Source: a virus (lineage: Duplodnaviria > Caudoviricetes). Taken from it: a stretch of 64,000 nt of DNA. A program made the translations under genes and the position numbers. The notes beneath the pieces are model-generated. The model did no database searches. It was given only the letters and a program-made list of their open reading frames with translations, and was not told the DNA's origin. Below, in pieces: positions 31,401 to 40,437 of this stretch (positions are counted from its first letter, which is position 1; the number at the start of each line of letters is the position of its first letter). The stretch covers positions 96,001 through 160,000 of the IMG/VR virus record IMGVR_UViG_3300031867_000001; one strand, 5' to 3'.

Positions 31401-34400
31401 TCCACCATTTCCACGGTAAGAACCACCGCCTCCCCATCCACCAGCAGATTCAGCAGTATCCATTTGAAGTGCATGTAACAGATTGGATGCAAGATTAATA
31501 GCACCGCCAATGAATGTACCAGTTGTTGGATCATATGTACCATACAACTGAGCAGCATTCTCAGCAATTCTATCACCAGTCTCAGCAGCAGATTCCATAT
31601 CAAGATCAAGAACTTTATACTTACCAACATCAACGATGTATTCGAGTTTGTGTTTGTTCCATCTTTCCAGATATTCAGATGGAGATTGGTTACCTTGAGG
31701 ATTCTTGGCACTCCACTGTTTGAATGCTTCACGTTCAACTTCACGAAGTTCAGTGGTGGTAAGACGTTTCTTGATTTCCTTATACGTAGATTCAAGTTCT
31801 GCCTTCTTCGAAATGGATTCCGCATCATCATCATCGAAATTGAATATGTCAAGGAGTCCACCAGCGGTTTCTCTCAACTCATCGAACAGATCTGACAATC
31901 TATCATCGAATGGTGAATCACCGGATCCATACAGACCCATCAATGCACCAGATGCAATATCATTTGCAGAACGTCTTTCGATTCTTCCAGTCAATGGATT
32001 GGAAGTATATGCAATTCCATTCTTTGTACCAAGTACATTCACGTAGTGTGGAGATGTGGATCGTGTTCCAAATCCACTACCGGATCCAATGACTGTGATT
32101 GGATTGTTTGGTGTTGCACGATGCAACGATGTAGTTGTAACACCACCAGGTGTATACCCAATACCCATCGCACTTGCGGTATTAAGGAACCCAGATACAG
32201 ATGTTCCACGTTTGGTAGAATAATTGCCGGACGCATACATTGCCGAAGTCAACGAACGTGGATCAACACGTGAACCAGTTCTACGTGATGCAGCATCAGC
32301 AAGTGCGATTGGACCACATCCATGTTTTGCCATGTTGAGATATGTTCCATACGAACCTTGATCACCTGAACCATATGTTCCATCCAGATTCATTCCATTT
32401 GTTGGCATTCTGTCTGGCAGTGTTGTCTCAGTCGTATTGGGTTCAGTTTTCTTCTTAGTAGGATTATCCAGACCCATCATCATCAATGTACCGTTGACGG
32501 TATTATCGATACCCTTGTCGATAATCTCCAATCCAGACAATGATAACTTTTCACCAGTTTTCTCAAGTGCATTGTTTCCGGTAAAGTGTGCTACTAATGA
32601 ACCGATTCCTTCAATGACAGTACCAATCGCATGTAAATTATGTCCAAAGCCCATCTCAATCGCACCAAGAATGGATTGAATTAAACCAATACCAGTCTTG
32701 AGCTGTTGAACGAATGTGCCAACAAAGAATTTAGCAGCAGACATCTGAATCTTGATGAGAGGCTCCATCAATTCCCAGAACGGTTGTGCAATATCAAATA
32801 TCATATCCGTAACGACTGTTACAAGATTACCCAATGCTTCACCGATCTCTTCTGCGTATGGTAACATTTCATCCATGAATGGTTCAAACTGACTAAAGAA
32901 CTGATCAGCCAATTCACCATACTTTTCAAAGTAATCACTTAATGCATCAAGAATTGGTTCAAGAATCTTGACAATTGCTTCAAGTCCCTTGGTGATATTT
33001 GCAATAACCGATCCAAGCATCTTTGCAAGACCACGTACAATCTTTGCAACCATTGTTGCGAGTGATGTTAATGTCTTGGAAATTGCATTGATCAATGGTT
33101 TCAGTGTCTTTGTCAGATCCTTGATCAAATCATTGATTGGTTTCAGACCCTTTGTCAATGCTTTGGAGATTAAATCGAGCAATGTCTTGGTTGCAGCCAT
33201 GGATGCAATCACTGTCAACAGTATCTTTGTGATACCCATTAATGCAGAACGGATACCTTTTCCAATCAGCGAAATTGCACCAATTCCGGTTGCAGCAGCT
33301 GCGGCTCCTGCACCTGCTTCAGCACCTACAGTCGTTGCGCCAGCTTGTACTGTACCACCAACAGTTGTTGTGGCATTTGCCGGAATAGGTGTTGGTGGCG
33401 GTGTTGGTGTGCTATTTGCCATGTAGAATCCTTCTGCGCCAGTTGTTGTAAATGTCGTTCCACCAGGTTGCATTTGTGGAGTACCAATACCAGTGTTTTG
33501 TGTTTTAACAGTTGATGGTTGTTCTTTGGCTTTATTATCAACTGATTGTTTTACTTCCCCCACTGCCTCAACAACCTCTTCAATACTACCCTCTATTGAA
33601 GAAATATGTTCTTCCAATGTTTCGTCGTTTTCCTCATCTTTTTCATCCATCTTGTTAACGATACTGGTCTTTGTTGATTGAATACCTTCAACAACTTGAA
33701 CCAATAAGCCATTGATATTTTGAACGTCCTCCCTGATATTAGCCGTATCTTCTTTTACTTGGACGGATGTTTCTAACTCACCAATTCCTTCAGATTCTCC
33801 TGGATGAAAGAAGTTGGAAACTTTACCCTTGATGTCAGATATCTTATTCTTGGCTTTGGAATACAAACCATGTGTTGCAACATCGAGTAATTGACCAGCT
33901 CCTTCTTTGATCATTTGTCCACCGGCTTTAACATCCTTAACACCACTGGACAATCCCTTCTTGATCAATGCCAATGCGGGTTTGAATAATACACCAAGTA
34001 TTCTGGTGACTGGAGCGAGTAATGTTGTTATAGGAGCGAATAATGTTTTTGCACCACTGAACAAACGAGACACAATACTCTTCGGTTTTTCCTCTTCTTT
34101 CTTGGAACCAAGTGTTTTACCAATCTTGGAAACCAAATCACGAGCACGTGTCTTGTAATCAGCATTCTTAAACGAATTGGAGAGTTGGTTTAAGACATTA
34201 TTATCTTCAGCAATGTCTTGGTCTGATACAGCAGCTGTCATACCGGTCTGGAACATCATCATGTCCATGAGAGAATCATTGACATTGAATTTAGTTCCAC
34301 CAGTTATGTCTCCGCCATTTGTATAACTAATTCCATCTGGTAGTTGGGGAGGGTCGTCTGACGATGAATCACCACCACCATCAGATGCATTTTGTTGAGC

Positions 34401-36479
34401 ATGTGAACCACCGCTACGTTTCTTGACGGTGAATCTTTGCACAGGACGTTGATGATTGACTGGAGCTGCTTGAATTGGCATGTCAACAACAGTTGTTTGG
34501 ATAGATCCAGTCTTCAGAATCGAAAGAATATCAGCCAATGAATCAGTGACGGATTTTTGATAAGCCATCATGGTTTTGTTTGGTTTGAACAATGTTGTGT
34601 TTTCTGTTTTGATTGTGGTTTTACCACTTAAGATACCATATGCATTTTCAATATCATTTTTAAATTGCTCATTCGTATCACCATATTCATTTGGATTTAA
34701 TTTCCGTTCCAATTCGTCAATAAGCTTCTTAAGCTGTTTCTCTTCATCACGTTCTTCCTTGGTTCTCTTTCGTTGTGATGCAAGTTCATCAATACGATAT
34801 TGTGCTGCATTCAATTGATTCATCAAACCGATTCGTTCTTTATCAGAGAAGAACTCATCAAATGCATCTTGCATTTTGCCATTATGTGCAGTTCCGAGAT
34901 TCTGGATATTGGAAGTATTCTGGGCATGCTGGGTTAACATTGTCACTTGCTTTCCCAATGCTTCATTGATTGATGCAATGAACTCGGTTAATCCACCACC
35001 ACCAAGTGTTGAATTACCAGACGCAATAAGGACCATGAAATATTGGTCTACTAAGGAAGCCCAATACGACAAGTTTCCACCATTTGTTTTTTGTAAGAAT
35101 TTCGCAACATTGGATTTGATATCATCGCGATATGTTTTACTACGAACAATGTTTTCGGTCATTCGTTTTAAACCATTATTCTGTAACCATATCGTTGATC
35201 CAGCAACAACCAATCGTCCGATTGTATCCAACTCTGTATTGTCAATATCAAGTCTGGTTAACAATTCATTTCGAACTCCGCGGTTGACAACACCACTACC
35301 CATCGACTGATAAGATGATCGAACGACTTGCTTGAAGTCATTGACTTGAATACCTGAAGACAACGTACCCATTTGTGTGACATGATAATTCTTACCAGTT
35401 AATGCTCCAGCAATTACTCTCAAATATTCTGGGATAACAGTCACAATGGATTGACGTGTCATGTTGTCGAATATTGCACGTTCTTTGTTAAACGTGTTTT
35501 TTGCCATATATTTGTAATCGATATTACCTTCTCCAGCATTGATATCAAACTCGATTAAATCGGATAACTTATTAAATACTTTAGAATCAAATATGCTGGC
35601 AATGGATCTGGATATCATATTACCAATTCCACGATTCAATTCTTGACCAAGTTCATCAATCGATCTACCACCGAATTTTGCAATACCTCTATTTTTCAAA
35701 TCACCGAGTGGAGTGATATCAATAAGACCACTGATCAATTGTGCGGGTGAAACTTGCTCTTTAACCAAATCGGCTATTTGAACACCTGTTGACAACAATG
35801 ATTCGTCAATCATTTTCTTGAAACCTTCTGAGAAAGATTTCAATGTGAATCTACCTTCATCATTCAACATCGAATCATATTGATTCACTGCTTCTTGATT
35901 TTGTTGAATACCCAGTGATTGTAATTTGATTAATGCATCTAATTTACCATCGATCTTGGTTAACGTATCATTCGTTGTTCTGAGTGCGGCAGTAATCAAA
36001 TTTGTTTGATTAACGATTGTCGTTTTGATTTCGGAAATGTTCATAATGGACGTTTCAGCTTGCTTACCAGCAATCTTATACATCGCATTGACTTGTCCTT
36101 TGGCAATGTTACGAATTTCCTCTGTATCTTGTTTTACCTTTGTAACAGATTCTTCTTCGCCATTATCATCATTGACTAATTTGAATCCGGCATCAAAATC
36201 GGATTCAGAATCATCATTATCGAAATCATACTCACTTGTCGAATCAGCACTACTATAGAACCAATCGACAAATTTCTTCATACCATTCTTTCGTAAATCG
36301 GTAAATACTTCTTTAGCAGTATTCTTACCACCATTGAGTTGATTACCAAGCTCTTGAGCATCTGTCTTCAGTTGACTGATGTTTTCAACATATGGAGATG
36401 CTTGCAGTTTAAATACTTCTCCAACAATCTTTGCAGTTTGCATTGCAAAATTACGATTGTTTTTGTTTTTATTTGGCAT
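28413..36479 (-). CDS. Tape-measure-like tail protein with C39-like peptidase, NlpC/P60-like endopeptidase and phage-tail-lysozyme-like domains (2688 aa)
   Basis: Long helical region with amphipathic repeats; GCGPIALA...HYVNVLG...SNP (C39-like); RPDCTGLC...GDIAI...HHGEIV (NlpC/P60-like); AGMSPAQQALIMATGIWED...GIMNW...LSEQLNYI (tail-lysozyme-like). Confidence 0.75.
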   Translation of the reverse strand: MPNKNKNNRNFAMQTAKIVGEVFKLQASPYVENISQLKTDAQELGNQLNGGKNTAKEVFTDLRKNGMKKFVDWFYSSADSTSEYDFDNDDSESDFDAGFKLVNDDNGEEESVTKVKQDTEEIRNIAKGQVNAMYKIAGKQAETSIMNISEIKTTIVNQTNLITAALRTTNDTLTKIDGKLDALIKLQSLGIQQNQEAVNQYDSMLNDEGRFTLKSFSEGFKKMIDESLLSTGVQIADLVKEQVSPAQLISGLIDITPLGDLKNRGIAKFGGRSIDELGQELNRGIGNMISRSIASIFDSKVFNKLSDLIEFDINAGEGNIDYKYMAKNTFNKERAIFDNMTRQSIVTVIPEYLRVIAGALTGKNYHVTQMGTLSSGIQVNDFKQVVRSSYQSMGSGVVNRGVRNELLTRLDIDNTELDTIGRLVVAGSTIWLQNNGLKRMTENIVRSKTYRDDIKSNVAKFLQKTNGGNLSYWASLVDQYFMVLIASGNSTLGGGGLTEFIASINEALGKQVTMLTQHAQNTSNIQNLGTAHNGKMQDAFDEFFSDKERIGLMNQLNAAQYRIDELASQRKRTKEERDEEKQLKKLIDELERKLNPNEYGDTNEQFKNDIENAYGILSGKTTIKTENTTLFKPNKTMMAYQKSVTDSLADILSILKTGSIQTTVVDMPIQAAPVNHQRPVQRFTVKKRSGGSHAQQNASDGGGDSSSDDPPQLPDGISYTNGGDITGGTKFNVNDSLMDMMMFQTGMTAAVSDQDIAEDNNVLNQLSNSFKNADYKTRARDLVSKIGKTLGSKKEEEKPKSIVSRLFSGAKTLFAPITTLLAPVTRILGVLFKPALALIKKGLSSGVKDVKAGGQMIKEGAGQLLDVATHGLYSKAKNKISDIKGKVSNFFHPGESEGIGELETSVQVKEDTANIREDVQNINGLLVQVVEGIQSTKTSIVNKMDEKDEENDETLEEHISSIEGSIEEVVEAVGEVKQSVDNKAKEQPSTVKTQNTGIGTPQMQPGGTTFTTTGAEGFYMANSTPTPPPTPIPANATTTVGGTVQAGATTVGAEAGAGAAAAATGIGAISLIGKGIRSALMGITKILLTVIASMAATKTLLDLISKALTKGLKPINDLIKDLTKTLKPLINAISKTLTSLATMVAKIVRGLAKMLGSVIANITKGLEAIVKILEPILDALSDYFEKYGELADQFFSQFEPFMDEMLPYAEEIGEALGNLVTVVTDMIFDIAQPFWELMEPLIKIQMSAAKFFVGTFVQQLKTGIGLIQSILGAIEMGFGHNLHAIGTVIEGIGSLVAHFTGNNALEKTGEKLSLSGLEIIDKGIDNTVNGTLMMMGLDNPTKKKTEPNTTETTLPDRMPTNGMNLDGTYGSGDQGSYGTYLNMAKHGCGPIALADAASRRTGSRVDPRSLTSAMYASGNYSTKRGTSVSGFLNTASAMGIGYTPGGVTTTSLHRATPNNPITVIGSGSGFGTRSTSPHYVNVLGTKNGIAYTSNPLTGRIERRSANDIASGALMGLYGSGDSPFDDRLSDLFDELRETAGGLLDIFNFDDDDAESISKKAELESTYKEIKKRLTTTELREVEREAFKQWSAKNPQGNQSPSEYLERWNKHKLEYIVDVGKYKVLDLDMESAAETGDRIAENAAQLYGTYDPTTGTFIGGAINLASNLLHALQMDTAESAGGWGGGGSYRGNGGTVLGTVPTVVKAYEAVGVVGKDGDYNQSGKTHQLTINGQTFSERPDCTGLCDSVIDAMGYNSEGMNSASFNSAKGIKDASGNISPDWQFIDNPELSSLQGGDIAIIYKGGNHHGEIVSGVENNKVYGFSYGWEGGMARALAAVNEMLNNGTDAFTATKNNKGEINGHGYYTRAIRYVGAGGAGTSSYDITNASSTGTTTGTTTGTTTGGAVSSGAAQGAIDMSTLSPYYNGTWDKYKDKEGIREYFTAAQQAGMSPAQQALIMATGIWEDNAKKLTGQKSLTKVTTDHNGQRAVGIMNWIPKSGGTESTEYGSTLSEQLNYISQAYFSQEPSRSRGRISNNLSGYANALKTLAGHEATGNVGDPIGPIIDRDLIEGSVHYVGGALVPEGWQTPKGLGKYVGTAADVYNWMVQNGLAVGGGSSYGGGSTAGQIGPRVRSLLDSAKLDLTASPVLEAAFEAALNQLAPGVGTIAVGLMNKGSAIADTVEAVADTARHGVTDFVDSKLGGKAIDTVVGTLTGHNPLSGMISNLLKTGTKIILSDATKNAVTTAIDTTVGVNGTIGAGLYDLLKNNATTIGDVISTWLDGAKEGLNSISEGVGGAIKEASEIGEDGVAQTLQDMGSSLFEGGTGFLGSVFDTAGQEFQVLYNGKKKSVQIIKGTAEEVMDEIAAGIGSIGNSLMGAIEVGDTTSGHKLKNYLKGNYGKQSFVTGDAETLMGLFARQMANSAGAYAQTSTSSYSGSSSFDDTSEEEESSTIVPGTTDENYYTAYDSAVDSRQKAQWRKFFDSHASEWSAKTRYGKNPTGWWDAYLTNQRMADYYRTEYNGGYNSQEFSMWYASKFGGVKQTNTQPSSKPKSNKQSNTSTSYAQSNYGWSDGQASSVTEWAARVLGSGDIPPINEGAIQQFYDNYDSEPQSQIVNQYIVAGQNNDKAYTIEDLEKITFNVRAEKVEQLLEDISKKLDSMKSNPEGTIVTPQKPVDESVNAIPEQVTRLARG
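30777..30820. repeat. 12-bp tandem repeat (ACCAGTAGTCGT x3.7) encoding a TTTG linker
   Basis: Directly visible; lies between the NlpC/P60-like and lysozyme-like domains. Confidence 0.9.
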
Positions 36480-36501
36480 TTGTTTACACCACCTTTATGA
36501 A

Positions 36502-36529
36502 GTATGGTGGTGGTATACCACCACCATAC
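36502..36529. promoter_or_regulatory. Perfect 28-bp palindrome between co-directional genes (attenuator or translational control?)
   Basis: GTATGGTGGTGGTATACCACCACCATAC; its arm is complementary to the downstream SD GGTGGT. Confidence 0.55.
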
Positions 36530-36543
36530 GTCTCATTATACAT

Positions 36544-37305
36544 TTAAAAGAATTGAACAAGTTCAGCCACTTCATCCAAATGAAATGTGGATGTCCATTT
36601 ATCAATCAATTCATTTCGTTGTGATTCAGCATTGGACCAATCATCAATCTTCAGTTGAATCTCTTTGAATGCTCCACCGACATTCACCATATTCTTCAAT
36701 TGATTATATAATGTCATTTGAACATCCAATCGAGCCAACTTCATAAATGATTCCACACAGGAGTACGGAATCGTTTCTCCACTTGGATCGTGATCACATT
36801 TTACAACAAATTGAATCCATCCATCTTTTGGGAAATTAAATAATTGCACCTTATTAAATCCCAACCATTTGGATGTTGGTACAGCACCAGTCAATCCAGC
36901 ATACTTATTAATTGCAGCACCAGTCTGTGTTGCATTCATAATGTCTTGTGGATAATATGAACCGAAACCAACGAATGGAGAAGTTGTTGTAAATGCATTC
37001 ATTGTTGATTCTGCATTTGTTAATTTATCCGGAGCAACATATGCATCTGCATACTGGACATGAGTTGTTGTTAAAGATTCCGGTAGATAGAAAATACCAA
37101 CTCTACCACTCATCTCGTCTGGAGATCTTAAATTCTTATACTGTTCATATCCTTCTTTGATATGGGGTTTAAAACGTGAAAACGTTCTGATGGATGTTTC
37201 CAAGATATTGGATATAATATTCTCAGTTGAATCATTGAATGGTAATGCAATTGTATTCAATCCCAATGTCAATTTCAAATCATGAACAACTTCCGAAATA
37301 TTCAT
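36544..37305 (-). CDS. Probable neck/head-tail adaptor protein (T4 gp13-like)
   Basis: Size and position, N-terminal 'LKLTLG' and C-terminal KLARLDVQMTLYNQLKNMVNVGGAFKEIQLKIDDWSNAESQRNELI resembling the gp13-family C-terminus. Confidence 0.55.
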   Translation of the reverse strand: MNISEVVHDLKLTLGLNTIALPFNDSTENIISNILETSIRTFSRFKPHIKEGYEQYKNLRSPDEMSGRVGIFYLPESLTTTHVQYADAYVAPDKLTNAESTMNAFTTTSPFVGFGSYYPQDIMNATQTGAAINKYAGLTGAVPTSKWLGFNKVQLFNFPKDGWIQFVVKCDHDPSGETIPYSCVESFMKLARLDVQMTLYNQLKNMVNVGGAFKEIQLKIDDWSNAESQRNELIDKWTSTFHLDEVAELVQFF

Positions 37306-37316
37306 ACGACTTCACC

Positions 37317-37859
37317 TCAAATGCTTTTATGCATAACCGGAGTAGTTTTATCTGAATAAGCAGAAGTAATGCTCGAAGGTACTGCTTTACCTTGTGTAAT
37401 CCACAGATAAATTTGCATATCATCATGGAATACTTTACCGATCTTACGATATTGACGATCGGTGATAATCAACATTGCTTTTGCTTCCGTATCGATCAAA
37501 TCGTCCAAGTCTTGCATTTTATCTTGTAAGCGTTTTGTCAGCTGTAAGAACGTACGATTGATGTTTTGGAATTCTCCAAGTGAAATAGTCTGACGATAGT
37601 TCGTTGTATCAGAAAACATCTTGTTGTAAAAGGCTTCAGTTGATGCAGCAACTTTACCACGATATGTATCTTCATCATCGTTCTTGTATTTCATATATCC
37701 ATCCAAGTAATCAATCATTTCAGTCAACATCTTCTCATAGTATAAGATGGAATATTTTCCATATTTATCATAAGAAGTATTTGTCTGTTTAAATCCATCT
37801 TGAACATCCACAAACAGATCTTGATTGTTCGAGATGAATTGTTTAATATGCATATCCAT
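37317..37859 (-). CDS. Hypothetical helical protein (~180 aa)
   Basis: ATG 37859 overlaps the upstream stop (TAATG) after AGGAGG; begins MDMHIK. Confidence 0.7.
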   Translation of the reverse strand: MDMHIKQFISNNQDLFVDVQDGFKQTNTSYDKYGKYSILYYEKMLTEMIDYLDGYMKYKNDDEDTYRGKVAASTEAFYNKMFSDTTNYRQTISLGEFQNINRTFLQLTKRLQDKMQDLDDLIDTEAKAMLIITDRQYRKIGKVFHDDMQIYLWITQGKAVPSSITSAYSDKTTPVMHKSI

Positions 37860-39847
37860 TAATATACACCTCCTGGAGATAAGATTGCTTTCCACATTCT
37901 ATCATTATGATTGATTGGTTTAATCTGAAGAATTCTGGTTAACAACCGATTCAAATCAGTTTGCATCTGTACCAGATACTGACGAGTGTGAGGTACGATG
38001 TAACGTTCGTCCTTGGTATCAATACATGTGATATAGAAATCTACCAATTCCAATTTCGCACATGTATAAGAAGCCAACATAGCTTGATCGTTAGCGTCCT
38101 TAATTGCATTAATCTCGACGGTAATGTATGCCACCACGTCTCGAGGAATTGGCTTTAACTTCTTAGGACGTTTGAACAATCCTTCTTGAATGTATTCATC
38201 ATATACATCATCAACATATGATTCATTAACATCCCCAACGAGTTTACCTTGCTTCTTCATTTCTTCAATATCTTCATCACTAAATACAACGATAGATCTC
38301 ATGTAGTATTTAAGCTCAGTGGTGATTGAAGTAATGGATTTAATGAAGTATTCGAAATACTCACGCCACAAACGTTCATCGAATTCTTCATTCTTACGAT
38401 TTTGCTTATTCCATGCTTTAAAAGCTTTAATACCAGCTGATATGATTTTTGATTCATTTTCAATACTTGCTTGATTTGCAGCAAGAATCGTTCTTATCAC
38501 AGAATTGGAAGATTTTGTATAAATTGTATAATTACTCGGTTCCTTTCTTGCATTCTTGAGAACCGTCTTTTGCTGCTCAATACAAGACTTATACTTATCA
38601 CAAACCTCTTTAAGCACCTGGGTATGCTGTTTAATTTTGTTAGCATCATTCGATGCATTATCCATTGCCAAGAACTTCCAAGCTTCTTTCAAACGGTTGA
38701 ATTCAGCATCTTTGAGTGGTGCACTTGGCATATCTTTTAAGACACCAATCGCTTTATTAGCATCAATGGCTTTATTGATTGACTTGGTTCTATTGTTGAT
38801 CTCCATCTTTTCGAAATTAGAGATAATGATCAAGAATGTACGACGGAACCACTGCTTGATCTTCTCCCAAGTACTTTCAAGCTTGGATTCCTTATTTGCA
38901 TCAGATGCTTGACCAGTTTCCATATAATATTTCATTTCATTAGGATCCATTGATGCATAAACCAGATCAAGCTCTTGATACAACTCATTCAGCTCATTGA
39001 TATTGATACCAAACTCGTTGAAGATTGCATACTCGGTCATTGTTGAAGAATCTTCAGTTGGAGTAGTTTCACTTTCTCCAGATTCAATCTCACCATCTTC
39101 ATCGAATGTATCAACATCACCACATTCACCACATTCATCGATATCATCAATGTCGTCGTTCTTGGATTCGAAATCTTCATCATCGATATCTTTCGCTTTG
39201 GATTCACCATCACCAAATCCATCATCAATGTCATTCACCGTCAGAGTGTCACTGGGTTCAACACTATTGATATTCTTGATTTCATCATCAATACCACGTA
39301 TTGCTTTACGGAACTTCAAAGACAACTTACCAGAATCCTTAGCGTCGATATAAGAACCGATTAAGTCATTGATGTTATCATCATTACCATGATCGATCAC
39401 ATCTTTTGTGAAGTTAATACCGTTCTGAATATCTGTTTCGTCAGTACCGAAACGCCCTTCATGGTTCATTGCACCAACAACAGGACCCATTGAATATTTC
39501 AATACGGCAGGTCGATCAAACCCTCTGTTGGTCATACCCGTCATTGGGAGTTTTGTCATTGCAATATAATCACATGTGTTTTTAACGGTATTTGCATCAT
39601 CGAATAATGTACCGGTTGCAATTGCATCAACAACCGCATTTTCAACAACCATGTCCATATCATTCGGAAGCATCAATTCAATTGTATTGTCTGTTCCGAA
39701 CAACCGAGGAACATCACCATCATATTCGTGAATAATGAATTCCTTATCTTTTACGATATCAGGAAACACAATTGTTAATGCTTGATTGAGAGTGGATACG
39801 TTTCGATTATGAATCGAAACTTGTACCAGATCTTTCAACAGACTCAT
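37859..39847 (-). CDS. Probable internal head protein (662 aa)
   Basis: Acidic linker with MTEYAIFNEF, YYMET and VNESYVDDVYDEYIQEG motifs. Confidence 0.6.
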   Translation of the reverse strand: MSLLKDLVQVSIHNRNVSTLNQALTIVFPDIVKDKEFIIHEYDGDVPRLFGTDNTIELMLPNDMDMVVENAVVDAIATGTLFDDANTVKNTCDYIAMTKLPMTGMTNRGFDRPAVLKYSMGPVVGAMNHEGRFGTDETDIQNGINFTKDVIDHGNDDNINDLIGSYIDAKDSGKLSLKFRKAIRGIDDEIKNINSVEPSDTLTVNDIDDGFGDGESKAKDIDDEDFESKNDDIDDIDECGECGDVDTFDEDGEIESGESETTPTEDSSTMTEYAIFNEFGININELNELYQELDLVYASMDPNEMKYYMETGQASDANKESKLESTWEKIKQWFRRTFLIIISNFEKMEINNRTKSINKAIDANKAIGVLKDMPSAPLKDAEFNRLKEAWKFLAMDNASNDANKIKQHTQVLKEVCDKYKSCIEQQKTVLKNARKEPSNYTIYTKSSNSVIRTILAANQASIENESKIISAGIKAFKAWNKQNRKNEEFDERLWREYFEYFIKSITSITTELKYYMRSIVVFSDEDIEEMKKQGKLVGDVNESYVDDVYDEYIQEGLFKRPKKLKPIPRDVVAYITVEINAIKDANDQAMLASYTCAKLELVDFYITCIDTKDERYIVPHTRQYLVQMQTDLNRLLTRILQIKPINHNDRMWKAILSPGGVY

Positions 39848-39886
39848 TTTTTACTCAACTCACTTTCTTATTATTAGGAGGATTTT

Positions 39887-40369
39887 ATGGAAATCACAAA
39901 TCTAATTGAATGTATTCTGATTGTTGCAGTTCAAGTTATTTGCACAATCATCATTTGCTTATTCGTCAATATCAAATATGAAGTTTTAAAGCAATTAATG
40001 AAATTGGATCGTAATGATATGTTTGATTCATTCAAAAGCACAAATGCATTGATCAATACAAATACTGAAGAGTTGAACCAGTTATCGGAGAGTTTAAAGG
40101 TGTATACCAGTACATTACTTGAGAAAGCATCTAATGATAATACACATGGAAAACTACCAACACCTGAAGAAGAAAAACAAATTACAGAAACAATCAAAGA
40201 CTTGATTGCAACCGAAGTTGCATTAGCATCAAGTTTACGTTCTCCACATAAAGATTCCTTAAAGGATATTGTGTTTAAAACAGTTGATACATATCCAGAC
40301 ATTGATATTGAATACATATGTAGAAAAGTTGTCTCGATTATTGAATTATACACAAAAGGACTTTCATAA
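39887..40369 (+). CDS. Membrane-anchored protein (N-terminal TM helix plus coiled coil)
   Basis: SD AGGAGG; LIECILIVAVQVICTIIICLFV hydrophobic segment. Confidence 0.7.
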   Translation: MEITNLIECILIVAVQVICTIIICLFVNIKYEVLKQLMKLDRNDMFDSFKSTNALINTNTEELNQLSESLKVYTSTLLEKASNDNTHGKLPTPEEEKQITETIKDLIATEVALASSLRSPHKDSLKDIVFKTVDTYPDIDIEYICRKVVSIIELYTKGLS

Positions 40370-40381
40370 AAACAAATGGAT

Positions 40382-40403
40382 TACCGGGGCATATGCCCCG
40401 GTA
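40382..40403. terminator. Bidirectional terminator, perfect palindrome
   Basis: TACCGGGGCATATGCCCCGGTA between convergent genes. Confidence 0.8.
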
Positions 40404-40437
40404 TCCACTTATAATACTCACATTTTTACAGATTCGA

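Noticed and set aside
39887-40369. Holin call for the single-TM protein
   Set aside because: No adjacent endolysin and no holin-family motif; left as a membrane-anchored hypothetical protein.
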